Of a stretch of 11,614 bases of DNA, positions 7,403 to 11,614 are shown piece by piece. The notes below the pieces were generated by a model. It searched no databases. It had not been told where the DNA came from and saw nothing but the letters and a program-made list of their open reading frames with translations. Every line of letters starts with the position of its first letter. Position 1 is the stretch's first letter. The position numbers were made by a program, and so were the translations under genes. Origin of the DNA: Methanobacterium sp. (GTDB lineage: Archaea > Methanobacteriota > Methanobacteria > Methanobacteriales > Methanobacteriaceae); contig PMWA01000017.1 in assembly GCA_003166335.1 (NCBI GenBank), positions 286 to 11,899 of the forward strand, written 5' to 3'.

Positions 7403-8575
7403 ATGAAATATGATGTGGTAGTAGTTGGGGGAAGATTAGCTGGATCAACTTCGTCCCTTTTTGCGTCTAAAGGTGGTTTAGATGTTTTAATGATTGAAAA
7501 AAGACAAGAAATAGGATCTCCGGTCCAGTGCGCTGAATTTACGACTAAGGATACATTTAAAATCCTTGAAATGAATCCGTCCAAAAAATATTTGTGCACA
7601 GAGATAGAGGGTGTAGATTTTTATGCTCCCAATGGTAAGCACTTCCGAGTTAAAGGCAATAATTTGTATGGATTCATGGAAGGATATGTTTTGGAGAGGA
7701 AAATTTTCGATAAACAGCTTGCTATAGAATCAGCTAAAGCAGGCACAGATATAATGGTAAAAACTATTGTTAAAGATCTAATAATAAAAGATGGCTATGT
7801 TGGCGGAGTTGTTGCAAAGCATCTAGGAAAAACATTTGATATAAAAGCGGATATAGTAATAGCAGCTGATGGACTTGAATCCACTGTAGCAAATATGGCA
7901 GGTCTTGAAACTGTAAATCAAAGTGAAGATATTGCCTCATGTGCCCAATATGAAATGGTTGGTGTTAATTTAGATCCTAACTATCTGCAAATACATCAAG
8001 GAGGAGGTATAGCCCCCGGAGGATATTTATGGATCTTTCCTAAGGGTAATAGTGTAGCAAATGTTGGTTTAGGTGTCAGGAACACAAAAGAAACAGCGTA
8101 TTATTATCTCAATAAATTCATAAAAAAATTGGATGCAACCCCTGTAGAACTTAATATAGGAGGAGTACCAGTTTCAGGACCAATCGACAAAACTTTTTCA
8201 TCAGGATTTATGGTTGTTGGAGATGCAGCTGCACAAGTCGATCCAGTGAACGGAGGGGGAATAAAAAACTCAATAACTTGTGGCAGAATAGCTGGAGAAG
8301 TTGCTGTAGAAGCAATTGAAAATGAAGATACATCCTCTAAATATTTAAAAAAGTATGAAGATCTTTGGAGATTAGCTATTGGAAAGAATCTTGAAACCTC
8401 CTTAAAATACAGGAAAATTTTTGAGAAACTCACAGATGATGATTTTAATATCCTAGCTGGATTTTTAGAAAATAAAGATCTAAATTCAATTTCGAAACTA
8501 TCCATACTTAGATTTCTAAAAAATTATCCTCATCTTATAAATCTTTTAATCAATGTTTTCATTCGAAACCAGTAA
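7403..8575 (+). CDS. Geranylgeranyl reductase family flavoprotein (digeranylgeranylglycerophospholipid reductase-like)
   Basis: 390 aa; N-terminal FAD fold (YDVVVVGG..AG), PVQCAE, R..FDKQLA, IAADG, PGGYLWIFPKG, VGDAAAQVDPVNGGGI. Confidence 0.9.
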   Translation: MKYDVVVVGGRLAGSTSSLFASKGGLDVLMIEKRQEIGSPVQCAEFTTKDTFKILEMNPSKKYLCTEIEGVDFYAPNGKHFRVKGNNLYGFMEGYVLERKIFDKQLAIESAKAGTDIMVKTIVKDLIIKDGYVGGVVAKHLGKTFDIKADIVIAADGLESTVANMAGLETVNQSEDIASCAQYEMVGVNLDPNYLQIHQGGGIAPGGYLWIFPKGNSVANVGLGVRNTKETAYYYLNKFIKKLDATPVELNIGGVPVSGPIDKTFSSGFMVVGDAAAQVDPVNGGGIKNSITCGRIAGEVAVEAIENEDTSSKYLKKYEDLWRLAIGKNLETSLKYRKIFEKLTDDDFNILAGFLENKDLNSISKLSILRFLKNYPHLINLLINVFIRNQ

Positions 8576-8648
8576 ATAAATCATCCCGCTAATCCCATTA
8601 AGCTCAGTGATATTAACTCTATGGAAGAATCTGGACTTAATTTTTTTT

Positions 8649-9572
8649 TTACTTTAAAAGATAAATGAAATAGCAATTTATCAAAATTATAACTGCGAAA
8701 ATAGAAGCAACATTAAGTGTAGCAAGTTTTGTAGCCTTTACTTTATCTACAGGCTTTTTTAATAGCCCTACTATCCCTAAACTTAATGAAATTAATGAAA
8801 TTAAAGCGACTATTTGAAAATCTATGTTTGAGGGTAATAAATTTGTAACAAAGATAATGAGAAATGAAACTGTAGCTAAAAGTCCGGATATTCCAATTAA
8901 TCTAAAACCAAATTCACGGCCTTTAGAAACGATCCAGGTAATTTTGCCTCCAAGCTTATCACCTTCTAAATCAGGAATTTCCACACCAATGGTGAATAGA
9001 AATTGTAAAAATAGTAAAGGTATGGAGAAAATGATAAAAGGAAGATTAATTGTTCCCACCATCACCAAATAACCCGTAGCAGGCATTATGAAACCATTTA
9101 TTATGTTGGCGATTTCTCCTAATCCTCGATAAGAGAATTTTATAGGAGGCGCAGAATAAAACCACACCATAAAGTTTCCAAACAACACAAACAAGAAGAA
9201 AGTTATTGGAAAAGAAAAGAAAACCGTGAAAAATGCCGCAGTGATTATCGATAAACTTATAAAAAATATAGCCAATCTTTTTGATATCTCTTTTAACTGT
9301 GGATTTTCAACCAGAATACCACTACCACCAGTGAATGTGGTTGAAGTACCATGATGGTCCACTTCAAAATCAAAATAATCGTTAGCATAATGGATAGCCA
9401 TGCTTGCCATGAAAAGGATGACATATCCCCATATGAATTTTGACAAAACAAATGGTACATTTAATAATAGAGCAAAAGAAGCGCCTAAAAGAAAATACAT
9501 AAATATACCAAAGGTAAACTGGGGTTTTCCCAATTTAATAATTTTTAAAATAGTATCCTTATCGTATTTCAC
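8649..9572 (-). CDS. UbiA-superfamily prenyltransferase, MenA/UBIAD1-like
   Basis: 307-aa polytopic membrane protein, GTG start; NDYFDFEVD, FTGGSG, YSAPP.K..YRGLGE and EIPDLEGDKLGGK.T motifs. Confidence 0.88.
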   Translation of the reverse strand: MKYDKDTILKIIKLGKPQFTFGIFMYFLLGASFALLLNVPFVLSKFIWGYVILFMASMAIHYANDYFDFEVDHHGTSTTFTGGSGILVENPQLKEISKRLAIFFISLSIITAAFFTVFFSFPITFFLFVLFGNFMVWFYSAPPIKFSYRGLGEIANIINGFIMPATGYLVMVGTINLPFIIFSIPLLFLQFLFTIGVEIPDLEGDKLGGKITWIVSKGREFGFRLIGISGLLATVSFLIIFVTNLLPSNIDFQIVALISLISLSLGIVGLLKKPVDKVKATKLATLNVASIFAVIILINCYFIYLLK

Positions 9573-9648
9573 GAAAACCCTTTCTCTAAAAAACTTTAAA
9601 ATTTAGTTAAACAAATTTTATTTTTAATCCTTCTAATCATCAGATTAT

Positions 9649-9999
9649 TTATTCTAAGTTTACCAATATTTTATCTTCTTCGGTTTTCACTTCATACATT
9701 TTAAGAGGTCGTGGTGATCTCAATAACTTTCCAAAAGCCAATTTAATTCCAGTCCAGTCCGTCCAACGTATATTATGACCATCAGTAAGGTCGAATTGAC
9801 TATGATGTCTAGGGCAGGTTACTACTGTCCCTTCCAATGTACCACCGGACAGATTTCCACCCATATGTGGGCAGAGATTATCAGTACAGTAATAGTCATC
9901 TCCTACTCTTGCGAGCATGTATTCATGATCATCAATAACGATCATTTTCATTAGTCCATCTTTTAATTCACCGATGGATGCCATTTCTACAAAACTCAT
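9649..9999 (-). CDS. Rieske [2Fe-2S] ferredoxin
   Basis: 116 aa with CPH(MGG) and CPRH(HSQFD) Rieske ligand boxes; AGGAGGTG RBS. Confidence 0.92.
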   Translation of the reverse strand: MSFVEMASIGELKDGLMKMIVIDDHEYMLARVGDDYYCTDNLCPHMGGNLSGGTLEGTVVTCPRHHSQFDLTDGHNIRWTDWTGIKLAFGKLLRSPRPLKMYEVKTEEDKILVNLE

Positions 10000-10099
10000 T
10001 TATTCCACCTCCTATTCCTGAAAATCCATTATAAATTCTTAAAAAATAAATTTTAATTTAATGGATCTAACAACGAATTAGGGTTTTACATTAAAATAA

Positions 10100-10309
10100 T
10101 TATCCTGGCGGTCCTAATGATTTTAAAACTGGTAGTATTTGATAGCTTATTCCACCAGAACTTCCACTATTCCCCTTTGATGAGGATTGGTTGCTAGTAC
10201 TTACATTGGTAGAGCTGCTTGGCTTTGGAGGATATGCAGCATAATATGCACCAATTACAACCACAATTATTACCACTACAATTATGGCATAAATCCATTT
10301 TCTCTCCAT
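10100..10309 (-). CDS. Small hypothetical protein with N-terminal membrane anchor and Ser-rich linker
   Basis: GAGGTGA RBS upstream; MERK plus about 20 hydrophobic residues, then an S/N/G-rich tract. Confidence 0.65.
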   Translation of the reverse strand: MERKWIYAIIVVVIIVVVIGAYYAAYPPKPSSSTNVSTSNQSSSKGNSGSSGGISYQILPVLKSLGPPG

Positions 10310-10642
10310 AAATGAATCACCTCTACATTATTATATGGGCTCGAATACAATAATAATTTTTCGAACGAATTAATAACAACCAAGTCCAGAATTATTAATC
10401 AATCTTATCTAAACTAATATCTTTACTAAGAAGGTGTTCTAAAATTATTATAAACCCGATTTGAAAGGTATAATTCCACCTATTTTGCAGTTAAAGCAAA
10501 TATAGTTCTATTAGATAATGCTCTTACTGATATTTATAATTTAAAACCTTTATACTTCAAATTCATATTAATTAATTGTTATTTTTAATTTAAACCCCAT
10601 AAAAGTACATTTCCTCTCAAAACTTATTTAAATTCTTAGAAG

Positions 10643-10665
10643 TATCACCCCAAAATCTAAGTAAA
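10643..10665. repeat. 23-bp dispersed direct repeat, copy 2
   Basis: Identical to 7042-7064; lies 95 bp upstream of the oxidoreductase start. Confidence 0.9.
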
Positions 10666-10760
10666 ATTATGACCATATAATTAAACTGCAAAGAAACTAC
10701 GTCATCGGATCACAAAATTTTCTAAAAACTTGTTTATGTTAAATGGGAGGTCTTAAAAAT

Positions 10761-11614
10761 ATGTCAGATGATTCATCTAAAGAAGATGTTTCAATAGTAA
10801 TCTGTGGAGAGGCTGGTCAAGGTATTCAAACAGTAGAATCAATACTCGTGCAGGCCATTAAAATGGGTGGTTATCATGTTTTCTCATCAAAAGAATATAT
10901 GTCACGAGTAAGAGGGGGTGAAAACTCTACAGAAATACGTATATCATCAAAAAGACTTACTTCTTACGTTGAACGCATTGATATCTTGTTAGCTTTAAGT
11001 CAGGGAGCAATTGAACATCTAAATCAAAGAATAACACCAGAAACTCTTATAATAGGTGATGAGAAGAATTTGAAATCAGTTACAGAATATGACACTATTA
11101 CCATCCCACTTTTTAAAAGTGCAAAAGAATTGGGTGGACCTATCTTTTCCAATGTCATTGCAGCGGGAGTGATTTCACGAATTTTAAATATATCATCAGA
11201 GATATTCAACGAAATTATCACGAGAATGTTCACCCGTAAAGGAGAAAAAATTGTAGAAAAAGATTTAGAAGCTGGTAAAAAAGGTCACGAAATCGGAGAA
11301 CAACTTATTAAATCTGGAAAAATCAAAATTCAATTAACTAAAGATCCACAAATTAAGGATGAATTATTATTAAGCGGAACTGAGGCTGTAGGAATGGGAT
11401 GTCTCGCGGGAGGTTGTAACTTCATGTCCTCATATCCAATGACTCCAGCCACACCTCTGCAAATGTTTATGGCCCAAAACGGAGTTGAATTCGATTTAAT
11501 CTTTGAACAAGCTGAAGATGAAATAGCAGCTCTTAACATGTCTATCGGTGCATTCTATGCCGGTGCTAGATCCATGATTGCTACATCTGGAAGTGGATTT
11601 GCACTTATGGAAGA
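10761..11614 (+). CDS. 2-oxoacid:ferredoxin oxidoreductase alpha subunit with fused N-terminal gamma domain (runs off the right edge; absent from the ORF track)
   Basis: Manual translation [23 protein letters not shown]...EYMSRVRGG...SGTEAVGMG...YPMTPAT...EQAEDEIAA...[17 protein letters not shown] is uninterrupted; GGGAGGT RBS at 10745-10751. Confidence 0.93.
   Translation, partial: MSDDSSKEDVSIVICGEAGQGIQTVESILVQAIKMGGYHVFSSKEYMSRVRGGENSTEIRISSKRLTSYVERIDILLALSQGAIEHLNQRITPETLIIGDEKNLKSVTEYDTITIPLFKSAKELGGPIFSNVIAAGVISRILNISSEIFNEIITRMFTRKGEKIVEKDLEAGKKGHEIGEQLIKSGKIKIQLTKDPQIKDELLLSGTEAVGMGCLAGGCNFMSSYPMTPATPLQMFMAQNGVEFDLIFEQAEDEIAALNMSIGAFYAGARSMIATSGSGFALME

Noticed and set aside
7342..9606. 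ORFs 7342-7599, 8104-8505, 8824-9072 and 9400-9606
   Set aside because: Antisense shadows of the reductase and prenyltransferase.
11024..11539. Minus-strand ORFs 11024-11233 and 11330-11539
   Set aside because: Antisense to the uninterrupted oxidoreductase frame.

Overview
AT-rich archaeal chromosomal window, most consistent with a Methanobacterium-like methanogen (methanogenesis marker 8, archaeal histone, CofH-family gene, intron-containing tRNA-Met, NrpR operator). Left to right: 5' end of glnA (-) with a GGAA-N6-TTCC operator; a long intergenic region with a duplicated 31-bp palindromic element; an uncalled 61-aa membrane ORF with ATT at the expected start; a cofH-family radical SAM gene broken by four single-base deletions; tRNA-Met(CAT) with a 37-nt BHB intron; marker protein 8; a CBS protein; a Cys-rich DUF2769-like protein; a histone with substitutions at DNA-contact lysines; a Thr/Pro-rich orphan; a geranylgeranyl reductase converging on a Rieske ferredoxin plus MenA/UbiA-like prenyltransferase pair; a small membrane-anchored protein; and the 5' part of a gamma-alpha fused 2-oxoacid:ferredoxin oxidoreductase. 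I see no CRISPR array, mobile element or defence system. The best leads are the Rieske/prenyltransferase/reductase cluster, the histone variant, the ATT-start ORF and two dispersed exact repeats. Family calls come from recognising motifs by eye, not from database searches.
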